The notes beneath the pieces are model-generated. The model saw only the letters and a program-made list of their open reading frames with translations. It had not been told where the DNA came from and ran no database searches. This document shows positions 11,427-22,972 of a stretch of 64,000 bases of DNA, piece by piece (positions within the stretch are counted from its first letter, which is position 1; every line of letters starts with the position of its first letter). Origin of the DNA: Phyllosticta citribraziliensis (taxonomy: Eukaryota); the NCBI RefSeq assembly GCF_038025025.1, contig NW_027117345.1, positions 1,364,001-1,428,000 on the forward strand, given 5' to 3'. The translations under genes were made by a program, and so were the position numbers.

Positions 11427-14400
11427 ATGCCTGGTCTGGTCCGCAAGCTCCTGATCTTCGCCGCTGTCGACGGCTTAATCCTTCAACCGGCTCCACCGCG
11501 CGACCGACCACCTTCTACCCAACAAGCCATAAAAATCGACTACAAGGGCAATGTGTCGCCTCTCTTGAAGGACAGGCGCCAAGAAGATACAACTTCGATT
11601 TCGCTCGAGGTCCATGGAGTAGTCGGTAATTAGCGCCTCCGCCGCCCCCTCTAGACCGCGCTTCGCTGCTAATGCAGACCGTACTTCTTCCCAGGCCTGC
11701 TGCAGATCGCCAGGACGTCATTCCTGCTATCCATAACTGGCCGCGAAGTGGTCGCGCAAATCCGGGGGAAGCCAATCTATGTCATTACCGACGTCGCGCT
11801 GATTCCGCTCACGTCCCAAGGCGAAGCCCACGATGCCATAAATCAAGCTCGAGACGCCGTAAAGCGGCGGAGAAGGCTTCCTGACAGTGACGAGGATACG
11901 GAGTCTGAATCGGAGACCGACACGGATACCTCATCGGACCATGTTAGCGTAGACGAGTCTCTGCCGGGAACGCCTTCGCCAGAGGCTGAGAAGAATGCTA
12001 CGGCTGCGAATGCTCCAGACCGCAAAACAAGCGTCGCGCAAGACGTCATAGGTCGCAAAGGGCTCTACGGCAGGTTTGCCCAGAGATGGTTTTCCAAAAA
12101 GGGCTGGAGCAGCGAAGCTACCCGAATGCAGGGCATGAGTAGCGAGGAAGATGTGTCGCGGTCCAAATCAAAATCTCCAAAGCCCGCGGCGACCCCTGAT
12201 GAGAGCGGGACCACAAGTCCTCCAGCGACCCATCTCTCGCCGCCTATTTCCGAGTCAGAGGCTGCGGCAAAGCTTCAACAAGAGCGAGGGAGGGATTCCA
12301 AGAAGCCGTCGCAAGACATTTCTGGCACAACCGCCTTTCTCCCAAAGATCCTGAGGACCACGAAGCTTTACTTTAGCAGTAGGAGCTTTTTCTTTTCGTA
12401 CGATTATGACCTCTCGAGGAATCTGTCCCGGCAGTCAGAGACCTCGACGTCGCTTCCTATGTCCAAACTCTACGATTCCATGTTCTTCTGGAACGAGAGT
12501 CTGAGCAGGCCTCTTATGGAAGCTGGACAGCACAATTTCGTTCTGCCTCTAATTCAAGGATTCGTCGGCCAGCGCGCGTTTTCTGTCAATTACTCCTCGA
12601 CTTCGCAGGGCAGCGTTGTCGGAGCCTCCTCAGAGCCGGAAGAAGTAATTGCAACACAAAATGAGGCCATCAAGGAGCCTTCATCACCTAAGCCTGGTTC
12701 TCCGGCACGCACAAAATCAACGCTAGCGTCCCCCCAAGTTACTTCCCTATCTGTCGGCAAGTCGACCCAAAAGGACTTTGTCATTACATTAATCTCCCGC
12801 CGATCTGTCGAACGCGCAGGCCTGCGTTATCTTCGCCGAGGAATTGATGAAGACGGCCACGTTGCCAACAGTGTGGAGACGGAGCAGATTTTGGCGCCGC
12901 CATCTTGGGACTCGACACAGGCCAAGATATACTCGGTAGTGCAATACCGGGGCTCTATTCCCCTGTTCTTTTCTCAGTCGCCCTACAGTCTGAAGCCTTT
13001 GCCTGAACTATGGGGCTCTCATGAAACAAACGCTGCAAGTTTCAAACGTCATTTTGCCCAACTAGCAGGACGCTACGGTGACGTCCAGGCTGCCTCTCTG
13101 GTGGACAAGCATGGCAGCGAGAAGGTCGTTGGGCAAGCTTACGAAGAACATGCCAAGGCTCTCAATGAGAATGGGGGTATAGATGGGAAAGGAAAACAGT
13201 TGGGGTTCGAGTGGTTCGACTTTCACCACGTCTGCCGTGGAATGAAGTTTGAAAATGTCGCCCTCCTTATCAGCTCTCTCGGCAAAAACCTCAAGTCATT
13301 CGGTTGGACAGTGGAAGAAAATGGTCAGATCGTTGGACGACAGTCTGGCGTGTTGAGGACTAACTGCATGGATTGTCTCGACAGGTACGTATTGAGAGGA
13401 TTCATGCACATGCTCGCGCTGACGAATGACAGAACGAACGTTGTGCAATCAGCTCTTGGGCGCGAAGCTCTTGAAAAACAGCTCGAAGACCAGCACGTCA
13501 GCATCGACCTCCAAAATGACCCTCGTACCTCATGGTTCAACACTCTTTGGGCTGACAATGGCGATGCCATTTCACGTCAATACGCCGGGACCGCCGCGCT
13601 GAAGGGCGACTACACTCGCACGCGCAAACGCAACATTGCCGGAGCGCTGACTGACTTCGGTCTCACGCTGTCTCGGTACTACAACAACATTGTCAACGAC
13701 TTTTTCACGCAAGCTGTCATCGACTACCTTCTCGGGCGCGCCACAGAAAACATCTTCATCGAATTCGAGGATGACATGAAAGCTCAGGACTATGCCATCG
13801 ACCTGCGAAAGGTGCGGCAGGTTGCGATCGCCCGCTGCTCGGAGCTCGTCATCGAAGACGCCCAAGAGGACCTGGTGCACGGCTGGACGTTGTCGTGTCC
13901 AGCTCGCTCGAACACCCTTCGTGCCCTTCCCTTTGAAGAATGTGTCCTCCTTCTCACCGAGCGTGCTGTCTACTTCTGCCGATTTGACTGGGGAACGGAG
14001 AAAGTGCGCGAGTTTGAGCGCATCGACCTCAAAAACATACGCGCCTTGCGCAAAGGCACATACATTACGAGCACCCTGGCGCCGCGCCACGCAAACGAGG
14101 ACAAGAATGTGGGCTTCACCGTCGAATACGTGCGGCCGCGAACAGACCGCGTCAGAATCAACACTCGCAGCCTCGCCAATCAGAAGGGCGAAAGCGAGGC
14201 GCAGGCACAAGAAGAGAAGGAGTCGCAAGCGAACCACGGTGGCGGCGGAGCAGACGTGCCGCAGACTGAGCAACAGACGCAGGCAAACGAAGAGGACGAC
14301 CCCTTCTCGGACGACGTCGAAACGCGCTTCCTAGCTTTCAAGGCACTGCCGCCCAAGTCGAGCTTCGCGACCACGTCGTCGAGCGGTAGCGCCGACGATG

Positions 14401-14648
14401 GCGATGACGCGGAGCCCCCGAGCGAGCGCGAGCTAGTCGGCTTGATCTGCGACGAAATCGTGCGCGCGGCGGGTCGACAGAGGAGCCCAGCGAGGAGAGC
14501 AGCGGCGGCGGAAGGCGCAGGACAGGCGCAAGAGAGTGTGGGCTTGAAGGTCGACGAGGGCGACGTCATCTCGCTCGTTGAAGCCAAGAAGAGCACGGGT
14601 TATCTGGAGCAGATTGGGTATTCTTTGAAGAAGTTGGTTTGGGCGTGA
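11427..14648 (+). CDS. Sac1-domain phosphoinositide phosphatase with C-terminal hSac2-like domain (introns 11626-11694, 13385-13432)
   Basis: LISRRSVERAGLRYLRRG, RGSIPLFFSQ, catalytic RTNCMDCLDR|TNVVQ (CX5RT) and WADNGDAISRQYAGTAALKGDYTRT. Confidence 0.93.
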
Positions 14649-15005
14649 TGTGAAGAAGACAGTTGGAGTGGCTGGAGTAGTTGGTATGCGACACGCGTGC
14701 TTATGAGCATGGCAGATGATGGTGATGGTGGTGGTGACGACTGGTCGAGTTGTAGACATGTAATTTGTTAATCGTAATGCGTTATACCCCCCCTTGTGTT
14801 GCTCGTCCATTCTCCCTAAAACCAATCTATCATCCCAACCTTCAAAATAGAACTTCGCATACAACGCTCCTTCAGGGAGAACATCTCTCGTATCCCAAAA
14901 GATCAAGCCAGGCAGAGCCGCCAGGCGAACAAGCCTCTACCACCATATCCCTCCCGTCCTCACTCCCAATCCGCTCTCTGCACCATACGCCCCGCCAGCA
15001 GGAAC

Positions 15006-15435
15006 TCACTTTCCCTGGCCCGCGTCCTTGACGCCCCGCGCAATGCGCCCCGTCCCATCTTCAACGCCCGACGCAGCGTCTGCCACACCGCGCGCCACGG
15101 GCCTGCCTGCGCTGCCCGTTGCGCCCTCGAGCGTCTCGCCTACGCCGCGGCCCGCTGCGCCGACGACGCCTGACGTGTTGTTAGTGTTTTGGCCTAACAC
15201 TTAAAGATTCGAGAGTGGTAGGTTGTGGAGGAGAAAGAAGAAGGAAGGAAGTAAGACAAGGGGGTTGGGTTGGTTTGGGGAGGTGCTTCTATCAGGGGAC
15301 ATTGTTGAGGTGGGAAAGATGGACAGGGGACGCACCGCCAACCGTGTTGAGCAGGCCGCCGACGGTGTTGCCGACGGTCGACGTGACGAACTTGACGCCG
15401 GACGAGACGCCGGATTCGTTATTGTTGAGGGGCAT
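15006..15435 (-). CDS. Small (~87 aa) Gly/Ala/Val-rich protein of unknown function (exons 15435-15336, 15169-15006)
   Basis: ATG at 15435 in a CCATG context; GTGCGT...CTAAC...CAG intron at 15335-15170 joins MPLNNNESGVSSGVKFVTSTVGNTVGGLLNTVG|GVVGAAGRGVGETLEG...KDAGQGK*. Strong C/G third-position bias and a TATATATG box about 150 bp upstream. Confidence 0.8.
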
Positions 15436-15986
15436 GGTTATAGAGTGAGTGTGGTGATGAAGTTGTATCAGGCGTGCAAAAGGATGAGGTAAATAGGCAG
15501 CCAGGTGATGGTAGGTAGGTAGTGTTTAAGCGGTGGAACAACAAGCAGGGTCTGCGGGTCTTCCGGGGCAGTCGAGCGGGCCTGATGCATATATAGCGTG
15601 TGGATGCATGCGTGCCTATAGCATATGTCAAGAAGAAGTGCCAAATCCTGCTCTGCTGGAGACGGTCATGCTGCCTGTGATGAGACAAATGACGTCAGGG
15701 GGCCTCGCCCCAGCCGTCGCGCCGCCCGTTAGGTTGCGCTCGCTGCAGCTCCCTGGTGATTGGAGTGATCGGCGCAGGGCAGCCCAGCTAGCTGCAGCTG
15801 ACAACCTGACGGACACAGAGAACCGCGCGGAACTTTTCGGTCTCACAATGTCAAACCATGGTGGGATCGCTCTCATTGGCTGATGTCTTCTATCAAGTTC
15901 TGTACATGGGGCTATCTGTCTATACCATCATTTCGCATAACTAGCAGCGGCGCCGCCGCTGGTGCCCTTCGAAAGGGCGGAGGCCA

Positions 15987-18782
15987 TTACGCCATGGGAG
16001 TCATATCCCGCCCGTACTGCGTGTACGTCTTGGCGTCGTGGAGGGTATTCCATATCTGCTTCTCGGGCGGCCTGCACGCATCTAGCGTGTACACAGTCCG
16101 CCAGAACTTCGCTCGAACCGCCTCGCGCGTCAGCCGCAGCCCCTGGTTCGCGATGCCCGACTCGGTCCTCATGTCTTCGACTACGCGGTCGAAGCGATCC
16201 CAGTCTTCCGCCTCGGCCAGCGTCTTGGTCACCAACGTCATGGCCTCCCAGCTGGGTGTCTGGCCGTGCTTGCTCATGCGCATGACGAACGTCATCATCT
16301 TGCCGATGTCCTTGAGGCGCGCATAGTTCTTGATCATGCAGTCGTAAAAGACAATGTCCAGATTGGGGGCTTGGCGCTCGATTCGGTTCCAAAGAGAGTC
16401 CACTGACGCCAAATCTCGCTGGCGGAAGAAGTGATTCATAAAGGTCGTGTAAATGTGAGGATGTAGCGGAACCTTGTGGTCGGACATGTAGTCGAGGACT
16501 GCGTTGGCAGCAGCGGTGCTTTGTGAGTTCAGGAGCCCATCAACGATGATTCCGTAGGTATATCGGTTGGGAGTGAGGCCACGCTTGTTGAGTTGATTGA
16601 GAATGTCTTCAATGTCGGCGATTTCAAGTCCCGCACCAGTCGCGGCCGCTCTGCCACGGAACATCCACATCAGGATAACGGAAAAGGTGGCCAAGTCGGG
16701 ATAGACCCCGTTGCTCTCCATCTGTTGGAGGTAGAACATGGCCGATTCGTTATCTCCTCTGTTGAGACAAAGGGAAATGATGGCGTTGAAAGTCACAACG
16801 TCTGGACTGATGCCGAGGCTCTGCCCCCATTTCAGAGCACGATTGACAAGCGGCCAGATTTTGCTTTTGGGTATGTCTGACTCTTTTGCCGACTTGGTAA
16901 TTGATGTGATTACTCCGTTGAGCATCCCAATAGTAGGCTTGATAGGCATTGTGTCGTCAGAGTCGTCCGCAATTGGTTCACAGCTTTCAGGGCGGTTCGC
17001 CGCGGCGATCCAATTTTTGCCCATCCGCTCAAGGGCGATCATGGCTTTGTCCGGTCGCTTTCCTTCCATGAGACCAGTAATGCGTGTCGTCCATGCCATC
17101 TCATCTGGTTTTACTCCAGCGGAAATCATACGTTCCCAAACTTCTTCTAGGCCCTCCACGTCCCGAGCTTTGCGGCAACCGTTGAGAATGCCAGTCCAAG
17201 TTTTGATGGTGGGAGCAATGCCAGAGTCAACCATTTCATTCCAGACAGCTACTGCCTTCTCCGGTTGTCTGAGCGCCGTGAGGGCTTCGATCGCCAAGTT
17301 GCAAATTGGTGCAGGGACCCCAATAGCGCCAGGATCTTGTCTTCCACCCGAGAACAACATCCGGGCCTCTTGCCACAGATGGTGTACCCTGGTGTAGGAT
17401 TGTTCGTCCACAAGGGCGCGGCGAATCCGCGCCATGAAGAATTTTTCGAGCAGCTCAGCCTTGGACACCTCGTTGCCATTTTCATCCAACTCTTTTCCAG
17501 AGGTCTCCACAAAGCTCATCGATACCAAGTGGTACGACTCGATGTTCGCGAGAATTTTGGAGACCTCTTCAGTGGTAATATCTTGAGCAGCAAGGACATG
17601 TTCCATCTTGTCCTTGAGAATACGGATGGCTGCAAGTGGTAAAAGGCGGAACAGAAAATCGGTAAAAGGTTGGTGTTTGGCGCGCGTTTCTTGCGTCAAA
17701 CGCAGAGGATTGTCTTTTCGTACGAGAAGGTCCAGAGTAATGAGAGCGTTCATTGCTAATCCAGAGGCCAACTTGCGCGGGATTCCAGGTAAGTGCTCGA
17801 TCAAGCGGCTAACGAAGTACGAACTCGAAGTCCCGGATTTGTCGAACGACTCAGGCACCGCGTCTGGAAGAACAGACCACATCTCAAGACATTCTTTAGG
17901 ATGTACGTGCGACTTCCAACCTGCCAATTCAAAGCAAATTGCCCACAACTCCATGGCGTCTGACATTAGCTCTTCCGCAGATATGTGTTGGGCTTTGGGA
18001 GTTTCGCAAGCGAAGCTCTTGAGTAGCACAATATTAAGCTCTCCGATGGCCTCACACAGCGCGCTTGGGTGGAGGATTCCAAGCAATGCGAATCTCTCAA
18101 TAAGCTCGCGAGGAGTGGGCAAGCCGGGTTCCAGCTTGCCCTGGATCCAATCGTCCAGTATTGCCCATAATAACCTCTTAAACACTGCGCCATCTCTTAT
18201 CTTCGTGAGATCTAAAAAGGTCGGACAACTAAGAGCCCGACAATCCCATCTTTTGTATACGTGTTCGAAATATCTCCACGCGTCTAACGTGGTGCAGGCC
18301 TGGTTTCTGAGGATTTCTTCAAATCTCACGGACAACGACTCCTCGGAAGACTCGAGCGATTGAGATTTCTTTCCACGCCTTTGGTAGTCGGTATACAGAC
18401 TATCAGTGACAAGTTGATGCGGCGTTGCAAACCAACCGCCAAAAGCCAGCTCCGAAGATCGTGTAGGGGGCTTTCCCGGTCGCGAGACTGCTAAATCCTC
18501 CTTCTGACGTCTTTCTGTTGACCATCTGCCTCGACCAATCCCATTTGCGGAGTATGGATTATTCGGTGTTGTGAGCACGGCGCGCGGTGGCTTTGTGGGT
18601 AATAGCTCAACGTCGTTCGGTCCGGACGAGTCTAGCGGGGTTCTCTGATGTTCGGGGACCGATGTGGTGAGGGTCGCGTAGCTGCCATGGTGGTCTTGTG
18701 GAATGCGATTGAGTCTCCGCAAGCTGTAGAGTTTCCGCAGAACGTTTCGACGGCAAGGAGGGCAAAGGTAGGGTAAGCTCAT
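15987..18782 (-). CDS. Mitochondrial pentatricopeptide-repeat protein (possibly Cya5/Pet309-like translational activator)
   Basis: Long intronless ORF with an Arg-rich N-terminus (YLCPPCRRNVLRK) and tandem 35-aa PPR motifs (e.g. TWTGILNGCRKARDVEGLEEVWERMISAGVKPD; VTFNAIISLCLNRGDNESAMFYLQQMESNGVYPD). An upstream in-frame ATG (MQPPHG) also exists. Confidence 0.88.
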   Translation of the reverse strand: MSLPYLCPPCRRNVLRKLYSLRRLNRIPQDHHGSYATLTTSVPEHQRTPLDSSGPNDVELLPTKPPRAVLTTPNNPYSANGIGRGRWSTERRQKEDLAVSRPGKPPTRSSELAFGGWFATPHQLVTDSLYTDYQRRGKKSQSLESSEESLSVRFEEILRNQACTTLDAWRYFEHVYKRWDCRALSCPTFLDLTKIRDGAVFKRLLWAILDDWIQGKLEPGLPTPRELIERFALLGILHPSALCEAIGELNIVLLKSFACETPKAQHISAEELMSDAMELWAICFELAGWKSHVHPKECLEMWSVLPDAVPESFDKSGTSSSYFVSRLIEHLPGIPRKLASGLAMNALITLDLLVRKDNPLRLTQETRAKHQPFTDFLFRLLPLAAIRILKDKMEHVLAAQDITTEEVSKILANIESYHLVSMSFVETSGKELDENGNEVSKAELLEKFFMARIRRALVDEQSYTRVHHLWQEARMLFSGGRQDPGAIGVPAPICNLAIEALTALRQPEKAVAVWNEMVDSGIAPTIKTWTGILNGCRKARDVEGLEEVWERMISAGVKPDEMAWTTRITGLMEGKRPDKAMIALERMGKNWIAAANRPESCEPIADDSDDTMPIKPTIGMLNGVITSITKSAKESDIPKSKIWPLVNRALKWGQSLGISPDVVTFNAIISLCLNRGDNESAMFYLQQMESNGVYPDLATFSVILMWMFRGRAAATGAGLEIADIEDILNQLNKRGLTPNRYTYGIIVDGLLNSQSTAAANAVLDYMSDHKVPLHPHIYTTFMNHFFRQRDLASVDSLWNRIERQAPNLDIVFYDCMIKNYARLKDIGKMMTFVMRMSKHGQTPSWEAMTLVTKTLAEAEDWDRFDRVVEDMRTESGIANQGLRLTREAVRAKFWRTVYTLDACRPPEKQIWNTLHDAKTYTQYGRDMTPMA

Positions 18783-18988
18783 GGCGCGTTGGAGCTTGGT
18801 AGGGTGGACGCCCCAGCCGTGCGGTGGTTGCATGTTCAACCCCGGCGGTCCGAGCGTCGGCAGGAATTCGGGCGACGAGCTTGGGCCACCGGACGTTCGC
18901 CGGGGTGACGTCCGTCGAGTCACTCCATGATGTTGGCAACAATGTATCCTCCAACTGCACCGCTTTGTGTTCTTCTCGATCTGGCCTC

Positions 18989-20880
18989 ATGACGACCCTC
19001 AATCCACGGGGGCCTTACTCCCCAGAGGAGATAGAAAGACTCTATCCCAGCAATTTGCAGCTGCAGCTCGTCCAGGTGGTAAGAATCACACCAGCCCTGC
19101 TATTGCGCCTCTACTAAACAGTTGTTACCAAGCTGCTTCGCCATGGTGAGAATCGACTGCCAATTCCCGAGGATCCTATCATAACCATTGTTCAGGTGAA
19201 CGGAGCCCAGTTTCTCCTCGCTTCCGCAACGTAAGCACACCTCTTGCCGTTTGTCTACCCCGTACTAACATTCTGAGCACAGGCCGGCCTTCCAGCACGT
19301 ATGATCCAAACCCGCAAACCTCTCGTGTACCTCTGATCAAATACCCTGACACTTCCAAGATTGGCCATACTGTTCTTCTGCGCGCCGTCTGACCAGTGTC
19401 GTCATGAGCACCACCGATTGGTCGCAGTGGGATGAGATTAAGTATCGCAGGCGATTGGAGACATTTGGGCCGGACGACGCACCTGTCATTACCACTGGTC
19501 CCAAAGGCGAAATTGACGCCATATGGTGAGGATGGAGACTCCAATAATGAGAACGACGGCCCATTGACACCAGTAAAGCCAACCTGGCGAATTGACGAAC
19601 AAGGGTCGAGAAACGACCCTCACCCTGGGCAAGCGTTTGAGGCATCTCTATGTAGATCAGCTCAAGTTCATGCCGCACCTGATCGCCGATGCCGACATGA
19701 TTTACTTGCGCGCGACCCCGATACCAAGAGCCCTGGAGTCTGTGCAACAGGTCTTTTGGGGCTTCTATCCGCCTTCGACTCGCACTGCTGACTTTCCTGC
19801 GCCCACGATCCTCATGCGCTCTCCTGCTGATGAAACACTGTACCCGAACGAAGGGAACTGCCGTCGTTTCGCACAGTTGAGCAGGGCATTTGCGCAGCGG
19901 ACTGCTGATCGATGGAATGACACGGATGACATGGCGTATCTGAACAAGCTGATATCCAAGTGGATGCCTGAAAATTCAAAACGGGTGGCAGTTGATTCTC
20001 ACCCTCGCCTCTCCGGCGTAATGGACACAATCAATTCCACTCTGGCTCACGGTCCTGAAACCCGTCTGCCAAAAGAATTCTACGACACAAAGCTCCGAGC
20101 TATCGTCGATAAGATCGGTGTTGAAGAGTGGTTTTCAGGCTACACGGAGATGAAAGAGTACCGTGAATTGGGCATTGGCGCGCTCATGGGGGATGTCGTC
20201 GGTCGCATGACTGGTAACGTTGAAATAAATGGAAAAGACGGACTTCTTGAGATTGGCGGCAACGATAAATCGCTCGGCGTTGGAAGAGGCGGTGAAAAGA
20301 ACATTAGACTCTCCCTATCTGGGTCTCATGATACGACCCTTGCTGGTGTGCTATCCAGTCTTGGTGCATTTGAAGGCGAGGGATGGCCGCCGTACACCAG
20401 CCACATTGCCTTCGAGCTTTTCAAGCGGAAGAATACGCAAAGTGACTCCTTTTCCGCCGAGAAATCTGCGGAAGCTCGGGGCGCTGAATCTAGTAAATCT
20501 CCGGGATGGCTCGCCTCGATATTTGGCTCGAAGAGCAACTCCTCGACCCCTGATATCGCAAGAAAGCCGATGGATCAACTCACTCGGCAGGAAAAGGATT
20601 CCCTCAGAGATCACTTTGTTCGTATCCGCTACAACGACAAAATCATGCAAGTTCCGGGCTGCAAAGCCCCAGGGAAACACTTTGAAGGTGACCCTTCGTT
20701 GTGCACTCTTGTAAGTACTTGTTTTCAAACTCATGGAGGAAACTGGCTGACAACCTGTTCCAGGAAGCCTTCAAGTCAATCGTGGACAAGTACACTCCGA
20801 AGCGCTGGAAAGAAGCTTGCGCCAGCAACTTGGATCAGCCAACATTCCCGAGCAAGCCTGAGCCTGCAGGATACGAGTGA
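18989..20880 (+). CDS. Histidine acid phosphatase, branch 2 (7 exons: 18989-19078, 19133-19145, 19196-19230, 19283-19298, 19360-19525, 19579-20710, 20764-20880)
   Basis: Spliced LQLVQV|LLRHG|ERSP (RHGxRxP), GELTNKG, RALES and SHDTT (HD) motifs. Confidence 0.9.
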
Positions 20881-21138
20881 TAGACTTGCAAAGACTCGAC
20901 TAGATGATTGTTGAACATACTAGAGAAAGAGCACGGACATGGAGACCATTAGGCCAATCATTTTATTTCGTGGACTATTTCACCTTTCCTGAGCACACCC
21001 AACGTCTGTTGAAATGCGGCACATACTCTCGAAATGGCTTACCCTCTATTGAGGGAGAGGGATTTACATGTTTTTGGTTTCGGCTCCCAGCTACTCCGAT
21101 AGCGAATAGATGCGTCGTACTCTCCTCGGGCCTGTCCA

Positions 21139-22972
21139 TCAAACCAGGAATCGGAATCCCTTCTTCGCGGCTTCTCCGGGTATTGCTTGTCCAGAATTGA
21201 TGGCGCCCTCCACATGTTCTCCACGATCAAGTTTGTTGTTCAATCTGACCAGGATGAATCGCAAAATGGTCGAGCTTGTTATTGACACCAGAAGACAGCA
21301 GCTGCAAGCGGCAAACGCCGGAACTGGTCGTGTTAGTAAGTCCCGCTCAAGGTGTTGATGCTTTCAACTTACTATATCTAGGCGCGTTGACGTATGCATA
21401 AGGCATGAAGATTTGCGAGGAATTGGACACAGCGTTGATCATCGCAAGTGCCGCGGCACGCTTCGCTGGAGGCCGCGGGATGATGTTGCTAATCCATCCC
21501 AGTGCCACAGGATATCCGGTGTAAATGCCGGGGAGCATCAGAATCATGGCGAAGTATCTCGGGGCCATAGAAGTGGTGCAAGCTGCGATTATGAAGCACA
21601 CAATACCCAGGACGAATGGCAAGGTAACATGGTAATAGCGTTCTCCAGTCCTGTCTGCATGCCTGCCAAAGGTAAGTTTTAAAGCTGTGCAGAAAAAGTT
21701 GTGGGCCTTACCAAGCGTTCAGGTACGTGGTGATGACTGCAAGGCAGTACGGAGGCGCTGTCAAAAGGTAGGTGTTCACAGTATCGTATCCAAGTGTTTC
21801 GACCACGCTGGGGAAAAACGTGGTCACGGTGCCGGCGCTGGTGTGGCCAGTGATCAAGGCCATCATGATGTAGGTCTTGATATCCGTGGCAGCCAGCTTG
21901 AAACCGTGGAAGAAGCTTTGGTCTTCGCTGCCAGTCCAGTCGTCCGTACCGACATCCTCTTGCAATCGCCAAACGGCCAGGTCCCTCTCCTCGTCGGACA
22001 GCCATTTTGTTGTCCGTGGAAAATCCGGGATGATGAAGATGGCAACCCCCGCGACTCCCACCGTGATTGCCCCTTCGATGATGAACAGCCATCTCCAGGC
22101 ACGCAGACCATGCAGGCCGTCCATGCCGCCCTTGACGCCTGCGGAGATGAGACCGGAAAATGCACCAGAGATGAGTGCGCCACTGTACAGAAAGGCAGTC
22201 CTCATTCCAAGCTCTTTGCGAGTGTACCAGGAGGATAGGAAGAAAAGACATCCTGGAAAGTAGGCTGCCTCCACGAAGCCGAGAAAGAAACGGCAAGCAA
22301 TCAGCCCCGAAAAGTCTTGACATGCTGCAGTCGCAGTGGAGACGATACCTGCCGCACAACTGTGTCAGTACCTCTGCTGCTAGCACAATGGTTTTCAATT
22401 GGACTACTGACCCCAAAGTGCCATAAATACGGGCAAGTAGAGTGATGGCCGACCAATTTTGTTCAGCATGAGGTTGGATGGTACCTGCATGAGGAGGTAC
22501 CCCACGAACAGGATACTAACAGCGGTCTTCCTTGCGTCAGTTCAGCCAGCTCGTTCCTTTGTGCGTGCTCAAAAATCTCCAAGTACTGACCAAGTATTGA
22601 TGTCCATGCAGACCCAAGTCTTCTTCCAAACCAGCTAGCCTTGCTGCTGCTATGTTGTTTCTGTCGATATAGTTGAGAATATACTATGTCGTATGGTAGT
22701 AAGTGGACTGCTCTGTGTCACTGAAACCTGGGGAGAAATACCATGAGAATGAGCATTGGCATGAGCCGACGATCAACTCTGCGCACTAACTTCTTTTCGA
22801 GGCGCGCCCTTTCCTCGGGGCTCAGGCTTCGAATGAAGGCTGGCGCTTCTCGTCTCAACGCATCGGATCCTGCCTCTCCAATCTCTGCCAGATCGATGTG
22901 CTCTGCCGTGTTCTTCTCGTCCACGTTCACGGATCCCGTGGGCGAGTCGGAGATTTGGTTACCGACAGTCAT
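21139..22972 (-). CDS. MFS transporter, anion:cation symporter (allantoate/nicotinate permease-like) family, 6 exons
   Basis: LVRRVDRRLMP, YILNYIDRNNIAAARL, VPSN, RFFLGFVEAAYFPG, WYTRKELG, AWRWLFIIEG and PDFP; ends GFRFLV*. Five GT-AG introns. Confidence 0.92.
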
